The notes beneath the pieces were generated by a model. That model saw nothing but the letters and a program-made list of their open reading frames with translations, was not told the origin of the DNA and did no database searches. From the NCBI GenBank assembly GCA_964466035.1, contig CAYXLR010000006.1, forward strand, positions 28,918 to 92,917: a stretch of DNA of 64,000 bases, in the 5' to 3' direction. The stretch's first letter is position 1; each line of letters starts with the position of its first letter. This stretch comes from an uncultured Thermotogae bacterium (GTDB lineage Bacteria; Bipolaricaulota; Bipolaricaulia; UBA7950; UBA9294). The position numbers were made by a program, and so were the translations under genes. Below, in pieces: positions 44,871-55,455 of this stretch.

Positions 44871-45847
44871 CCGTTGAGATTCCCGACGTCAAGAAGAGCT
44901 GGCCGCATGCGATCAACGCCGTGACGATCGGCGCCACGTCCGCCGACGGAGGGACGCGGACATCGACCGTCACCATCGGGGGCGAGACGACGCTTCCCTT
45001 CTACCTTTTCGAAGGGGCGATGCCCAACCGCCCGGTCGTGGCGATGGAGGTCTGGGACGTCCCGGCCGGGGATTGGCCCGACGCCGTCCGGGAGCCGTTC
45101 GACGACGTCCTCGCCGATCCCGCCGCGTGGGCGAAGAAGTGCGTCGACGAGTTCGGCGCCGAGACGATCTGCCTCCGCTTGCAAGGGTGCGACCCGAACG
45201 GCGCGAACCGGTCCCCCGAGGAGGCCGCCGCGGCGGCGAAGGCGGTCGCCGAGGCCGTCGGCGTCCCGTTGATCGTTTGGGGGTGCGGAAGCGACGAGAA
45301 GGACAACGAAGTCTTCCCGCTCGTCGCCGAGGCCCTCTCCGGGGAGAACTGCCTCCTCGGGACGATCACCGAGGACAACTACAAGACCCTCACCGCGCTC
45401 GGCACGGCGTACGGGCACAAGCTGATCGCGGAGTCGCCGGTCGACATCAACATGGCGAAGCAGATCAACATCCTCGCGCTTGACGTCGGCTTTCTGGCCG
45501 AGAACCTCGTGATCTTCCCGAGCACCGGCGCCCTCGGCTACGGGCTCGAGTACGTCTACTCGATCATGGAGCGGCTCCGGATCGCCGGACTGAAGGGCGA
45601 CAAGGTCGTGGCGATGCCGATGCTCTGCGACATCGGGCTGGAGGTATGGGGCGCCAAGGAGGCCCGGGCGCCGGAAAGCGAGGTCCCCGGCTGGGGCGAC
45701 GTGACGTCTCGCGGCCCCCTGTGGGAGGCGGCGACGGCGACCGTCTACCTGCTCGCCGGGGCCGATCTGTTGATCCTTCGCCATCCCGAGGCGGTGCGGC
45801 TCACCCAAGGGACGATCGCACGGCTGATGGGAGGTGAGGCCGGGTGA
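44867..45847 (+). CDS. acsD: Corrinoid iron-sulfur protein small subunit
   Basis: IGGETTLPFYLFEG, AMEVWD, SPVDINMAKQ, ALGYGLEY, MERLR, WEAATA; GTG 44867. Confidence 0.95.
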   Translation: MTVEIPDVKKSWPHAINAVTIGATSADGGTRTSTVTIGGETTLPFYLFEGAMPNRPVVAMEVWDVPAGDWPDAVREPFDDVLADPAAWAKKCVDEFGAETICLRLQGCDPNGANRSPEEAAAAAKAVAEAVGVPLIVWGCGSDEKDNEVFPLVAEALSGENCLLGTITEDNYKTLTALGTAYGHKLIAESPVDINMAKQINILALDVGFLAENLVIFPSTGALGYGLEYVYSIMERLRIAGLKGDKVVAMPMLCDIGLEVWGAKEARAPESEVPGWGDVTSRGPLWEAATATVYLLAGADLLILRHPEAVRLTQGTIARLMGGEAG

Positions 45848-46635
45848 TCCTCATCGGGGAGCGGATCAACGCCGGGTTCAAGGACATCGCGAACGCCATC
45901 CGGACCAAGGATCCGACCGCGGTGGAGAAGTGGGCGGTGGCGCAGACCGAGGCCGGCGCGACCTACCTCGACGTCAACATCGGGGCGGCGTCGCGCGATC
46001 CGGCGGACATGGCGTGGCTCGTCGATGTCGTCCAAAAGGCCGTGCCGACGAAGATCTCGGTCGACTCGACGAAGATCGAGACGATCGAGGCCGGTCTCGA
46101 CGCGATCGACGGCCGCGGCGTCCTGATCAACTCCACGACCGCCGATCCGGGGAAGCTGGAGCGGATCGTGCCGCTCGCGGTCGAGCACAACGCGGCGCTG
46201 CTCGGCCTCGCGATGGACGACCGCGGCAGCCCGCAGAACGTCGATCGTCGAGTGGAGAACGGGGCGATGGTGTTCATGGCGGCGATGGAGGCCGGACTCG
46301 ACCCGGACCGGATCGTCCTCGATCCGATCCTCATGCCGCTCAAGTTCATGCAGGAGCAGGCGGGGTTCGTTCTCGAGGCGATCGAGCAGTACACCCACCT
46401 CTCCGATCCGCCGCCGCACATCTCCGTCGGGCTGTCCAACATCGGGTCGAAGGCGACCGAGCGGAGGCGGATCGTCCGCACGTTCCTCGTCATGGCGATG
46501 GCCCGCGGACTGGACGTGGCGATCTGCAACGTCTGCGACGAAGAGCTGATCGCCGCGGTGGCGACGGCCGAACTGGTCCTGAACAAGGAGATCTACTCCG
46601 ATTCGTACGTGCGCGCCTTCCAGGTGCGGCAGTAA
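45844..46635 (+). CDS. acsE: Methyltetrahydrofolate:corrinoid methyltransferase
   Basis: LIGERIN, YLDVNIG, LINSTT, LDP, GLSNI; pterin-binding TIM barrel. Confidence 0.92.
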   Translation: MILIGERINAGFKDIANAIRTKDPTAVEKWAVAQTEAGATYLDVNIGAASRDPADMAWLVDVVQKAVPTKISVDSTKIETIEAGLDAIDGRGVLINSTTADPGKLERIVPLAVEHNAALLGLAMDDRGSPQNVDRRVENGAMVFMAAMEAGLDPDRIVLDPILMPLKFMQEQAGFVLEAIEQYTHLSDPPPHISVGLSNIGSKATERRRIVRTFLVMAMARGLDVAICNVCDEELIAAVATAELVLNKEIYSDSYVRAFQVRQ

Positions 46636-46656
46636 CGGCAGGAAGGAGGAGGAACC

Positions 46657-48552
46657 GTGGCGAACGAGAAACCGCGCAGCATCGACAGGGCGTCGCTCGA
46701 GGTCCTCGAGGCGGACGAGGGCGCACACGAGACCGCATGGGATCGCTTGGACGCGATGCAGCCCCAGTGCACCTTCGGAGCGCAGGGGGTCTGCTGCCGG
46801 ATCTGCAGCATGGGGCCGTGTCGGATCATCCCCGGGAAGACCGACCGCGGCGTCTGCGGCGCCAACGTCGACACGATCGCCGCGCGGAACCTGGTCCGAA
46901 TGATCGCCGGCGGCGCGGCCGCCCACTCCGATCACGGTCGCGACGTCGCCCACGCGCTCCTCCTCGCGGCGCGAGACGAGTCGTGCGACTACGGGATCAA
47001 CGATCCAGTGAAGCTCCGGCAGGTCGCGGCAGCCTACGGGATCGGCCAGAACGGCGCGTCGGACCGAGAGATCGCGGTCGCCGTCGCCGAGCGGGCGCTC
47101 GCCGACTTCGGCCAGCAGGAGGGGGAGCTCGAGCTCGCGTTCCGCGCGCCGGAGAAGCGGGTCAAGCGGTGGAAGGCCGCCGGCGTCGTCCCCCGCGGCG
47201 TCGATCGCGAGATCGTCGAGATCATGCACCGCACCCACATGGGCGTCGACGCCGACTACAAGAACCTCATGCAGCAGGGGATCCGCTGCTCGCTCTCCGA
47301 CGGATGGGGCGGCTCGATGATCGCCACCGAGCTGCAGGACGTCCTGTTCGGGACGCCCTCCCCGATCCGGGGGAAGGTCAACCTCGGTGTGCTCGACGAG
47401 AAGCAGGTCAACTTCGTCGTGCACGGTCACGAGCCGGTCCTCTCCGAGATGGCCGTCGCGGCGGCGCAGGATCCCGAACTCCTCAAGCTCGCCGCCGAAG
47501 CCGGGGCGACCGGGATCAACGTCTCGGGCATGTGCTGCACAGCCAACGAGATCCTGATGCGACACGGCGTGCCGATCGCCGGGAACTTCCTCCAGCAGGA
47601 GCTCGCGATCATGACCGGGGCGGTCGATCTGATGATGGTCGACGTGCAGTGCATCATGCCCGCCCTTGCCGACCTCGTGAATCACTATCACACGAAGCTC
47701 ATCACGACCTCGCCGAAGGCGAAGTTCCCGGGGGTCGAGCACGTCGAGTTCCACGAGGAGAGGGCGCTGGAGATCGCCAAGACGATCGTTCGCATGGCGA
47801 TCGAGAACTACGGCCGTCGGGACCGAAAGCCGTTCATCCCCGACGAGACGATGGATCTGATCGGAGGGTTCACCGCCGAGTCCGTGTTCTCCTTCCTCGG
47901 AGGGACCTATCGATCGACGTACCGCCCGCTCAACGACGCGATCATCGACGGCCGGCTCCGCGGAGCGGCCGGGGTCGTCGGCTGCAACAACCCGAAGATC
48001 ACCCACGACTGGGCCCACGTCGAGATGGCGAAGGAGCTGATCCGAAACGACGTGTTGGTCGTCACGACCGGCTGCTCGGCGATCGCCGACGCCAAGCAAG
48101 GTCTGATGCGCCCGGAGATCGCGTTCGAGCTGGCTGGCGACGGTCTGAAGGAGATCTGTGAAACGGTCGGCATTCCGCCGGTCCTGCACGTCGGCTCGTG
48201 CGTCGACAACGCGCGGATCCTCATGGTGCTGACGAACATGGTCCACGAAGGCGGGCTGGGCGAGGACATCTCCGATCTCCCGGTCGCCGGTGCGGCGCCG
48301 GAATGGATGAGCGAGAAGGCGGTTTCGATCGGCTTCTACTTCGTCTCGTCCGGCGTGTTCACGACGCTCGGGATGCCGTTCCCGATCGAGGGATCGGAGA
48401 ACCTGACGCGGTACGTCACCGACGAGATCGAGGCGGACGTCGGAGGCAAGTTCGCCTTCGAGCCGGACCCGATCGCGGCCGCGCGCCTGATGATCGACCA
48501 CATCGACGCGAAGCGGGCGGCGCTCAAGCTGAAGGAGGTCATGTACGCCTGA
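46657..48552 (+). CDS. cooS: Anaerobic Ni-dependent carbon monoxide dehydrogenase catalytic subunit
   Basis: CTFG..GVCCRICSMGPC, AHSDH, HGHEP, GMCCTANE, DVQC, VGCNNP, TGC, GSCVDN, EWMSEKA: all B, C and D cluster ligands visible. Confidence 0.97.
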   Translation: MANEKPRSIDRASLEVLEADEGAHETAWDRLDAMQPQCTFGAQGVCCRICSMGPCRIIPGKTDRGVCGANVDTIAARNLVRMIAGGAAAHSDHGRDVAHALLLAARDESCDYGINDPVKLRQVAAAYGIGQNGASDREIAVAVAERALADFGQQEGELELAFRAPEKRVKRWKAAGVVPRGVDREIVEIMHRTHMGVDADYKNLMQQGIRCSLSDGWGGSMIATELQDVLFGTPSPIRGKVNLGVLDEKQVNFVVHGHEPVLSEMAVAAAQDPELLKLAAEAGATGINVSGMCCTANEILMRHGVPIAGNFLQQELAIMTGAVDLMMVDVQCIMPALADLVNHYHTKLITTSPKAKFPGVEHVEFHEERALEIAKTIVRMAIENYGRRDRKPFIPDETMDLIGGFTAESVFSFLGGTYRSTYRPLNDAIIDGRLRGAAGVVGCNNPKITHDWAHVEMAKELIRNDVLVVTTGCSAIADAKQGLMRPEIAFELAGDGLKEICETVGIPPVLHVGSCVDNARILMVLTNMVHEGGLGEDISDLPVAGAAPEWMSEKAVSIGFYFVSSGVFTTLGMPFPIEGSENLTRYVTDEIEADVGGKFAFEPDPIAAARLMIDHIDAKRAALKLKEVMYA

Positions 48553-48611
48553 AGCCCGGCGGAGGCCGAGGACGGAAACAACCACCGATTACGAGGGAGT
48601 AAGGAGGCAGT

Positions 48612-50381
48612 GTGGCAGGGAGTGTCCCATCCGATCTTGACATCGCACAGGCGGCAAAGCCGAAGCCGATCACGCAGATCGCGGAGAACCTCGGCATCCT
48701 CGAGGACGAGCTCGACCCGCACGGCAAGCTGAAGGCGAAGGTGAAGCTGTCGATCCTCGACCGGCTCGCCGATCGACCGAACGCCAAGTACATCGACGTC
48801 ACCGCGATCACGCCGACGCCGCTCGGCGAGGGAAAGTCGACGACGATGGTCGGGCTGACGCAGGCGCTCGGCAGCGTGCTCGGCAAGAACGTCATGTGCT
48901 GCATCCGCCAGCCGAGCATGGGGCCGACGTTCAACATCAAGGGCGGCGCCGCCGGCGGCGGCTACTCCCAGGTCGTCCCGATGGAGGACTTCAACCTCCA
49001 CCTGACCGGCGACATCCACGCGATCTCCGTCGCGCACAACCTCGTCGCCGCGGCGCTCGACACCCGGATGTTCCACGAGTCACGTCAGAGCGACGAGGCG
49101 CTCGCCAAGCGCGGCGTGAAGCGGCTCGACATCGACCCGGAGACGATTACGTGGCGCCGGGTCGTCGACATCTGCGACCGCTCCCTGCGCGAGATCCAGG
49201 TCGGGTTCAACGACGACAAGCTGAAGGACGGCTCGCCGAGCCCGGTGTTCCCCCGGGTGACCGGCTTCGACATCACCGTTTCCTCCGAGATCATGGCGAT
49301 CCTCGCCCTCGCGACCTCGCTCGCGGACATGCGGGAGCGGTTCGGCCGGATGGTCGTCGGCCTCGACAGGAAGGGGAATCCGGTCCACGTCGAGCAGCTC
49401 GGCGCCGCGGGCGCGGTGACGGTCCTGATGAAGGAAGCCCTCATGCCGACGCTGATGCAGACGCTCGAGGGTCAGCCGGCGTTCGTCCACGCCGGGCCGT
49501 TCGCCAACATCGCCCACGGGAACAGCTCGATCGTCGCCGACAAGATCGCCGTGAAGCTCGCCGACTACGTCGTGACGGAAAGCGGGTTCGGCGCCGACAT
49601 CGGGATGGAGAAGTTCTTCGACATCAAGTGCCGCACCTCCGGGCTGATCCCGAACGCCGTCGTCCTCGTCGCGACCGTCCGCGCCCTCAAGATGCACGGC
49701 GGCGGGCCGGCCGTGAAGCCGGGCGCGCCGCTCGACGAGGCGTACACGCAGGAGAACCTGCCGCTGCTCGAGAAGGGGCTGTGCAACCTCGGCGCGCACA
49801 TCCAAAACGCGCTCAAGTTCGGCATCCCGGTCGTCGTCGCCGTCAACGCGTTCCACACCGACACGCCGGCCGAGCTGGAGAGGATCCGCGAGTACTCGGT
49901 CGCCCAGGGCGCCGAGGACTCGGTCGTCACGACCCACTGGGCCGACGGCGGAAAGGGCGCCGGGAAGCTCGCCGAGGCGGTCGTCGCCGCCTGCGAGAAG
50001 CCGTCGAACTTCGACTTCCTGTACCCGCTCGATTGGTCGATCAAGGAGAAGATCGAGAAGATCTCGACCGACATCTACGGCGCGGACGGCGTCTCGTACG
50101 AGCCGCTCGCCGAGAAGCAGATCGCCGACTACGAGCGCGCCGGCTTCGGGAACCTGCCGATCTGCATGGCGAAGACCCACCTCTCCCTGTCGCACGACCC
50201 GAACCTGAAGGGCCAGCCGACCGGCTTCACCGTGCCGGTCCGCGAGGTCCGCGCCTCGGTCGGCGCCGGCTTCATCTACCCGTTGATCGGAACGATGAGC
50301 ACGATGCCCGGGCTCGCCACCCACCCCGCGTTCATGAGCATCGACATCGACGAGAACGGCGAGATCACCGGCCTGTTCTAG
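48612..50381 (+). CDS. fhs: Formate--tetrahydrofolate ligase
   Basis: [60 protein letters not shown]. Confidence 0.97.
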   Translation: MAGSVPSDLDIAQAAKPKPITQIAENLGILEDELDPHGKLKAKVKLSILDRLADRPNAKYIDVTAITPTPLGEGKSTTMVGLTQALGSVLGKNVMCCIRQPSMGPTFNIKGGAAGGGYSQVVPMEDFNLHLTGDIHAISVAHNLVAAALDTRMFHESRQSDEALAKRGVKRLDIDPETITWRRVVDICDRSLREIQVGFNDDKLKDGSPSPVFPRVTGFDITVSSEIMAILALATSLADMRERFGRMVVGLDRKGNPVHVEQLGAAGAVTVLMKEALMPTLMQTLEGQPAFVHAGPFANIAHGNSSIVADKIAVKLADYVVTESGFGADIGMEKFFDIKCRTSGLIPNAVVLVATVRALKMHGGGPAVKPGAPLDEAYTQENLPLLEKGLCNLGAHIQNALKFGIPVVVAVNAFHTDTPAELERIREYSVAQGAEDSVVTTHWADGGKGAGKLAEAVVAACEKPSNFDFLYPLDWSIKEKIEKISTDIYGADGVSYEPLAEKQIADYERAGFGNLPICMAKTHLSLSHDPNLKGQPTGFTVPVREVRASVGAGFIYPLIGTMSTMPGLATHPAFMSIDIDENGEITGLF

Positions 50382-50407
50382 GTGGCGAGCGGGAGAAGGG
50401 AGCGTCG

Positions 50408-50881
50408 GTGTCGGAGCAATGGCCGCGTGTGCTGCGTGAGGAGATCGAGGAGGCCGCAGGACGGCCCGAGCGACTGATCCATGTCCTGCGGCGCGTCCAG
50501 GAGACCGTCGGCTTCATCTCTCCCGAGTCGGAGGCCATCGTCGCCGAGCGGCTCGGCGTGAAGATCGCTCGCGTTCACGGTGTCGTGACGTTCTACCATC
50601 TGTTCTACACCTCACCGCGCGGTCGGCACACGGTTCGCGTCTGCCAAGGCACGGCGTGCCACGTTGGCGGCGGCGACCGGATCCTCCGGGCGATCGAGGA
50701 CCGACTCGGCGTCACGCCCGGAGAGACGACCGACGATCTTGCCGTCACCCTAGAGACGGTCGCCTGCCTCGGCGCCTGTGCGCTGGCTCCGGTGATGGTC
50801 GTCGACGACGTCTACCACGGCCTGTTGACGCCGGATGAAGCCGTGGCGATCGTCGATCAAACGCTCGAGGAGGACGGATGA
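50408..50881 (+). CDS. NuoE/HydC-like [2Fe-2S] subunit of the formate dehydrogenase complex
   Basis: LIHVL..VQE..GFI, VHGVVTFY, VCQGTACH..CLGACALAP; GTG 50408. Confidence 0.92.
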   Translation: MSEQWPRVLREEIEEAAGRPERLIHVLRRVQETVGFISPESEAIVAERLGVKIARVHGVVTFYHLFYTSPRGRHTVRVCQGTACHVGGGDRILRAIEDRLGVTPGETTDDLAVTLETVACLGACALAPVMVVDDVYHGLLTPDEAVAIVDQTLEEDG

Positions 50882-52749
50882 CCGGGCGGATCACGACCCG
50901 CGAGCAACTCGACGCGCTCAAAGCGTACAACCTCAAGCGGCTCGCCTCCGTTGAGCAGCGGATCGCTGTTTGCAACGGCACCGGCTGTCGGGCGTGCGGG
51001 GGAGTCGAGGTGAAGGACGCCTTGGTCGCCGCCGTTGCATCGCACGGGCTCTCCGACCGGGTCGCGGTGATGCCGACTGGCTGTCAGGGGTACTGCCAGC
51101 GCGGTCCGCTCGTCACCGTGGAGCCGGCCGGGATCTTCTACCACGGCGTCAAGCCTGCCGATGCCGAGCGAATCGTCGCCGCAACGATCGAGCGAGGAGA
51201 ACTCGTCGACGACCTGCTTCTCGCCGATCCGGTCACCGGCGAGCGGATCCCGCGCCGCGACGAGGTCCGCTTCTACACCGGGCAGCAGCGAATCGTCTTC
51301 GCGCTGAACGGGAAGATCGACCCGGTGTCCATCGGAGACTACATCGCCCACGACGGCTACCAGGCCCTGGCGAAGGCGCTTCTCGACATGGGTCCGGAAT
51401 CGATCGTCGACGAGGTCCTTCGGGCCGGGCTGCGCGGACGCGGCGGTGCCGGGTTCCCGACCGGCCGCAAGTGGAAGTTCACTCGGGACGCGCCGGGCGA
51501 CGTCAAGGTCGTCGTCTGCAATGCCGATGAGGGCGATCCGGGCGCGTTCATGGACCGCTCGCTGATCGAGGCGACACCCCACGCCGTGCTCGAAGGGATG
51601 TTAATCGCCGCCCACGCGATCGGCGCGAGCCAAGGCTACGTCTACGTCCGTGCCGAGTACCCGCTCGCCGTCAAACACATCCGCAAGGCGATCGACGACG
51701 CTCGCTCCCTCGGCCTTATCGGGAAAGGCATCTTCGGCACCGACTTCTCGATCGACATCCATGTCATGGAAGGGGCGGGCGCGTTCGTCTGCGGCGAGGA
51801 GACGGCCCTGCTCCAATCGATCGAGGGCAAGCGCGGCATGCCGCGACCCCGACCGCCGTTTCCGGCCCAGTCCGGCCTGTGGGGCCGGCCGACGAACCTC
51901 AACAACGTGGAGACGTACGCCAACGTCCCGCCGATCATTCTCCGCGGTGCCGAGTGGTACGCGGGAATCGGAACAGAGACGAGCAAGGGGACCAAGATCT
52001 TCTCCCTCACGGGGAAGGTAGCGAACAATGGGCTCGTCGAGGTGCCGATGGGGACGACGCTGCGGCACATCATCTACGAAGTCGGCGGCGGGATGCGCGA
52101 CGGCCGGGAGTTTAAAGCGGCGCAGCTCGGGGGGCCGTCCGGCGGCTGTCTGCCAGCCGATCTCCTCGACGTACCGATCGACTACGAGTCACTCGGCGAG
52201 CACGGAGCGATCATGGGGTCGGGCGGGGTGATCGTCCTCGACGACACCGCGTGCATGGTCAGCATCGCCCGCTTCTTCCTCGACTTCACCGCGAGCGAGT
52301 CGTGCGGGAAGTGCGTTCCGTGTCGCGTCGGGATCCCGACGATGCGCGACATCCTCGTCCGGATCACCGAGGGGGAGGGGGAACCGGAGGACCTCGACCG
52401 GCTGCGGGAGCTGGCCGAACTCGTGAAGTCGTCGGCGCTGTGCGGCCTCGGCCAGACGGCGCCGAACCCGGTCCTGTCGACCCTCCGCTACTTCGAGGAC
52501 GAGTATCGGGCGCACATCGAGGATCGGATCTGCCCGTCCGGCGTCTGCGAGGCGCTTGCCCCACCGTACCGGATCGATCCGGAGGCGTGCAAGGCGTGCG
52601 ACCAGTGCGCCAAGGTCTGTCCGACCGGTGCGGCGCGCGGCACGCCGGGCGAGCCGCCGTACGAGATCGACGAGCAGCTGTGCATCCGATGCGGCGCCTG
52701 CTACAAGGCCTGCCCGTTCGACGCCGTGACGAGGGGGGCCCGATCATGA
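50878..52749 (+). CDS. NuoF/HydB-like FMN/NAD-binding subunit with extra Fe-S domains
   Basis: N-terminal Trx-like [2Fe-2S] (CNGTGC..CQGYC), GLRGRGGAGFP, NADEGDPGAFMDR, GAFVCGEETAL, ESCGKCVPCR, LCGLG, C-terminal 2x[4Fe-4S]. Confidence 0.93.
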   Translation: MTGRITTREQLDALKAYNLKRLASVEQRIAVCNGTGCRACGGVEVKDALVAAVASHGLSDRVAVMPTGCQGYCQRGPLVTVEPAGIFYHGVKPADAERIVAATIERGELVDDLLLADPVTGERIPRRDEVRFYTGQQRIVFALNGKIDPVSIGDYIAHDGYQALAKALLDMGPESIVDEVLRAGLRGRGGAGFPTGRKWKFTRDAPGDVKVVVCNADEGDPGAFMDRSLIEATPHAVLEGMLIAAHAIGASQGYVYVRAEYPLAVKHIRKAIDDARSLGLIGKGIFGTDFSIDIHVMEGAGAFVCGEETALLQSIEGKRGMPRPRPPFPAQSGLWGRPTNLNNVETYANVPPIILRGAEWYAGIGTETSKGTKIFSLTGKVANNGLVEVPMGTTLRHIIYEVGGGMRDGREFKAAQLGGPSGGCLPADLLDVPIDYESLGEHGAIMGSGGVIVLDDTACMVSIARFFLDFTASESCGKCVPCRVGIPTMRDILVRITEGEGEPEDLDRLRELAELVKSSALCGLGQTAPNPVLSTLRYFEDEYRAHIEDRICPSGVCEALAPPYRIDPEACKACDQCAKVCPTGAARGTPGEPPYEIDEQLCIRCGACYKACPFDAVTRGARS

Positions 52750-55442
52750 CCGAAGGCGTTTCGATCACGATCGACGGCCGGCCCGTCGAGGCGCGGGCCG
52801 GGGAGACCGTCCTCGCCGTCGCCCGGCGGCACGGCATCGACATCCCCGGTCTCTGCTACCATCCGCGGCTGACGCCGACCGGCGGCTGCCGGCTCTGCCT
52901 CGTGAAGATCGACGGTCGGCCCGGGACGACGACCGCGTGCACGCTCGAGGCGACGGAGGGGCTGTCGATCACCGCGTTCGACGACGAGCTCGAGGCCGAG
53001 CGGCGCGGGCTGATCGAGCTCCTGCTCGCCGAGCACAACTGCGATTGCGTCGTCTGCGAGTCGGCCGGCCGCTGTGAGCTCCAGGACCTCGCCTACCGCT
53101 ACGGCCTCGACCAGCGAACGCGCCGATACCGGTTCCCGCCGCGCGATCTCCCCGACGAGGACGCCTCCTCGCCGGTCCTCGTGTACGACCCGAGCAAGTG
53201 CATCCTCTGCGAGCGGTGCGTCAAGGCGTGCGACGAGATCCAGGGGAAGGCGATCCTCTCCTACGCCTTCCGAGGACTCGACGCCGTCGTCACCGCCGGC
53301 CCGGGCGGCTGGGGCGCCTCCGATTGCGACGGCTGCGGCGAGTGCGTCCAGCTCTGCCCGACCGGGGCGATCCGCGAGAAGCTCGACGTCCGACCGCCGC
53401 GGCACTGGGAGCTGAGGCCGGTGCACACGACCTGCTCGTACTGCGGCGTCGGCTGCCGGCTCGACCTGTGGGTCCACGACGGACGGATCGTCAACGTCAC
53501 CGGCGCGGACGCGGTCCCCAACTTCGGCTCGACCTGCGTCAAGGGGCGGTTCGGCCACACGTACGTCCAGGCCGAGGACCGTCTGACCCGGCCGCTGATC
53601 CGGCGGGACGGCGCGCTCGTCGAGGCGACGTGGGACGAGGCGCTCGACGAGGTCGCCCGGCGGCTGAACGAGATCGTGGCCGAGCACGGACCCGACGCGA
53701 TCGGCGGCTTGTCTTCGGCGACGTGCACCAACGAGGAGAACTACCTGTTCCAGAAGCTCCTGCGCGCCTGCGTCGGGACGAACAACGTCGATCACTGCGC
53801 CCGCCTCTGCCACGCGTCGACCGTCGCCGGGCTCGCCGCCGCGTTCGGCTCCGGCGCGATGACGAACTCGATCGCCGAGCTAGAGTTCGCCGACTGCCTC
53901 CTCGTCACCGGCTCGAACACGACCGAGACCCACCCGGTCATCGCCAACCTGATCGTGCGGGCCGTCCGGTACCACAGCGCGAAGCTGATCGTCGTCGACC
54001 CCCGGCGGATCGACCTCGTCAAGCACGCGGCCCTCTGGCTGCGACAACGCAACGGCACCGACGTCGCCTGGATCAACGGGATGATGTCCGTCATCCTGTC
54101 GGAGGGGCTGCACGACGAAGCGTTCGTCGCCGAGCGCACCGAGGCGTTCGACGCGCTCCGCGCCGTTCTCGATCGCTTCACCGTCGACGACGCGGCGCGG
54201 ATCTCCGGCATCCCGTCCGAACAGCTCGCCGCGGCCGCCCGCATGTACGCCGGCGCCGAACGCGCTGCGATCGTCTACGCGATGGGGATCACCCAGCACA
54301 CGCACGGGACGGACAACGTCCTCTCGCTCGCCAACCTGGCGATGCTCACCGGGTCCGTCGGGAAACCATCGTCCGGCGTCAATCCGCTGCGCGGTCAGAA
54401 CAACGTGCAGGGCGCGTGCGACCTCGGCGCCCTCCCGAACGTCTACCCCGGGTACCAGCCGGTCACCGACCCCGACGTCCGGGCGAAGTTCGAGTCGGCG
54501 TGGGGCGTCGGCCTCCCGCCGGACGTAGGTCTCACGGTCGTCGAGATGATGCACGCGGCGGCCGATGGGCGCGTCAAAGGCATGATCATCATGGGCGAGA
54601 ACCCGATGATCTCCGACCCGAACCTGAACCACGTCGAGGAGGCTCTGAGGGCGCTCGACTTCCTCGTCGTGCAGGACGTCTTCCTCACCGAGACGGCGCA
54701 GCTCGCCGACGTCGTCCTCCCCGCCGCGTCGTTCGCCGAGACGAACGGGACGTTCACCAACACCGAGCGGCGCGTGCTGCCCGTCCGCCGGGCGATCGAC
54801 CCGCCCGGCGAGGCGCGGCCGGACTGGGAGATCCTGTGCGACCTGTCGACCCGCATGGGCTACCCGATGCGCTATCCCGACGCCGCGGCGATCATGGACG
54901 AGATCGCGTCGGTCTCGCCGATCTACGGCGGGATCCATCACCGCAGGCTCGAGCCGGCCGGCCTGCAATGGCCGTGCCCGTCCGACGACCACCCCGGAAC
55001 CGTCTTCCTCCACGAGGGGACGTTCCGCCGCGGGCTCGGCCGGTTCCACGCCGTCGAGTACACCCCGTCGGCCGAGCTCCCCGACGACGAGTACCCGTTC
55101 GTCCTGTCGACCGGCCGGATCCTCCAGCACTTCCACACCGGCTCGATGAGCCGCCGGTCCGGCGCGTTGAACGCCTACGGGAACGAGCCGTACGCCGAGA
55201 TCCATCCGGACGACCTCGCAACGCTCGGCGTCGAGGACGGGGGGAAGGTCCGCGTCGCGACGCGCCGCGGCGAGATCGTCACGAACGCCCGCGCGGCGGA
55301 GCGCGTCGCCCCCGGTTCGGTGTTCATCCCGTTTCACTTCGTCGAAGCCGCAGCGAACCGGTTGACCAACGACGCCCTCGACCCGAAGGCGAAGATCCCC
55401 GAGCTGAAGGTCGCCGCCTGCCGGATCGAACGGGTAGATTGA
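52746..55442 (+). CDS. fdhF: Mo/W formate dehydrogenase alpha subunit, Cys form, fused to HydA-like Fe-S domains
   Basis: [2Fe-2S], H-ligated and 2x[4Fe-4S] modules, then TCSYCGVGC..CVKG, DHCARLCHAST (Cys, not Sec), PLRGQNNVQG, IPELKVAAC; ATG 52746. Confidence 0.94.
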   Translation: MTEGVSITIDGRPVEARAGETVLAVARRHGIDIPGLCYHPRLTPTGGCRLCLVKIDGRPGTTTACTLEATEGLSITAFDDELEAERRGLIELLLAEHNCDCVVCESAGRCELQDLAYRYGLDQRTRRYRFPPRDLPDEDASSPVLVYDPSKCILCERCVKACDEIQGKAILSYAFRGLDAVVTAGPGGWGASDCDGCGECVQLCPTGAIREKLDVRPPRHWELRPVHTTCSYCGVGCRLDLWVHDGRIVNVTGADAVPNFGSTCVKGRFGHTYVQAEDRLTRPLIRRDGALVEATWDEALDEVARRLNEIVAEHGPDAIGGLSSATCTNEENYLFQKLLRACVGTNNVDHCARLCHASTVAGLAAAFGSGAMTNSIAELEFADCLLVTGSNTTETHPVIANLIVRAVRYHSAKLIVVDPRRIDLVKHAALWLRQRNGTDVAWINGMMSVILSEGLHDEAFVAERTEAFDALRAVLDRFTVDDAARISGIPSEQLAAAARMYAGAERAAIVYAMGITQHTHGTDNVLSLANLAMLTGSVGKPSSGVNPLRGQNNVQGACDLGALPNVYPGYQPVTDPDVRAKFESAWGVGLPPDVGLTVVEMMHAAADGRVKGMIIMGENPMISDPNLNHVEEALRALDFLVVQDVFLTETAQLADVVLPAASFAETNGTFTNTERRVLPVRRAIDPPGEARPDWEILCDLSTRMGYPMRYPDAAAIMDEIASVSPIYGGIHHRRLEPAGLQWPCPSDDHPGTVFLHEGTFRRGLGRFHAVEYTPSAELPDDEYPFVLSTGRILQHFHTGSMSRRSGALNAYGNEPYAEIHPDDLATLGVEDGGKVRVATRRGEIVTNARAAERVAPGSVFIPFHFVEAAANRLTNDALDPKAKIPELKVAACRIERVD

Positions 55443-55455
55443 CTCCCACAAGCAT

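Noticed and set aside
1935-48585. Very long alternative-frame ORFs in the track (e.g. 1935-4472 minus, 37975-40758 minus, 45745-48585 minus)
   Set aside because: They are Arg/Pro/Gly-rich shadows of well-supported genes, expected at this GC content, and show no recognisable motifs
53790-53815. Possible selenocysteine in formate dehydrogenase
   Set aside because: The active-site codon is TGC (CARLCH) and the ORF is uninterrupted
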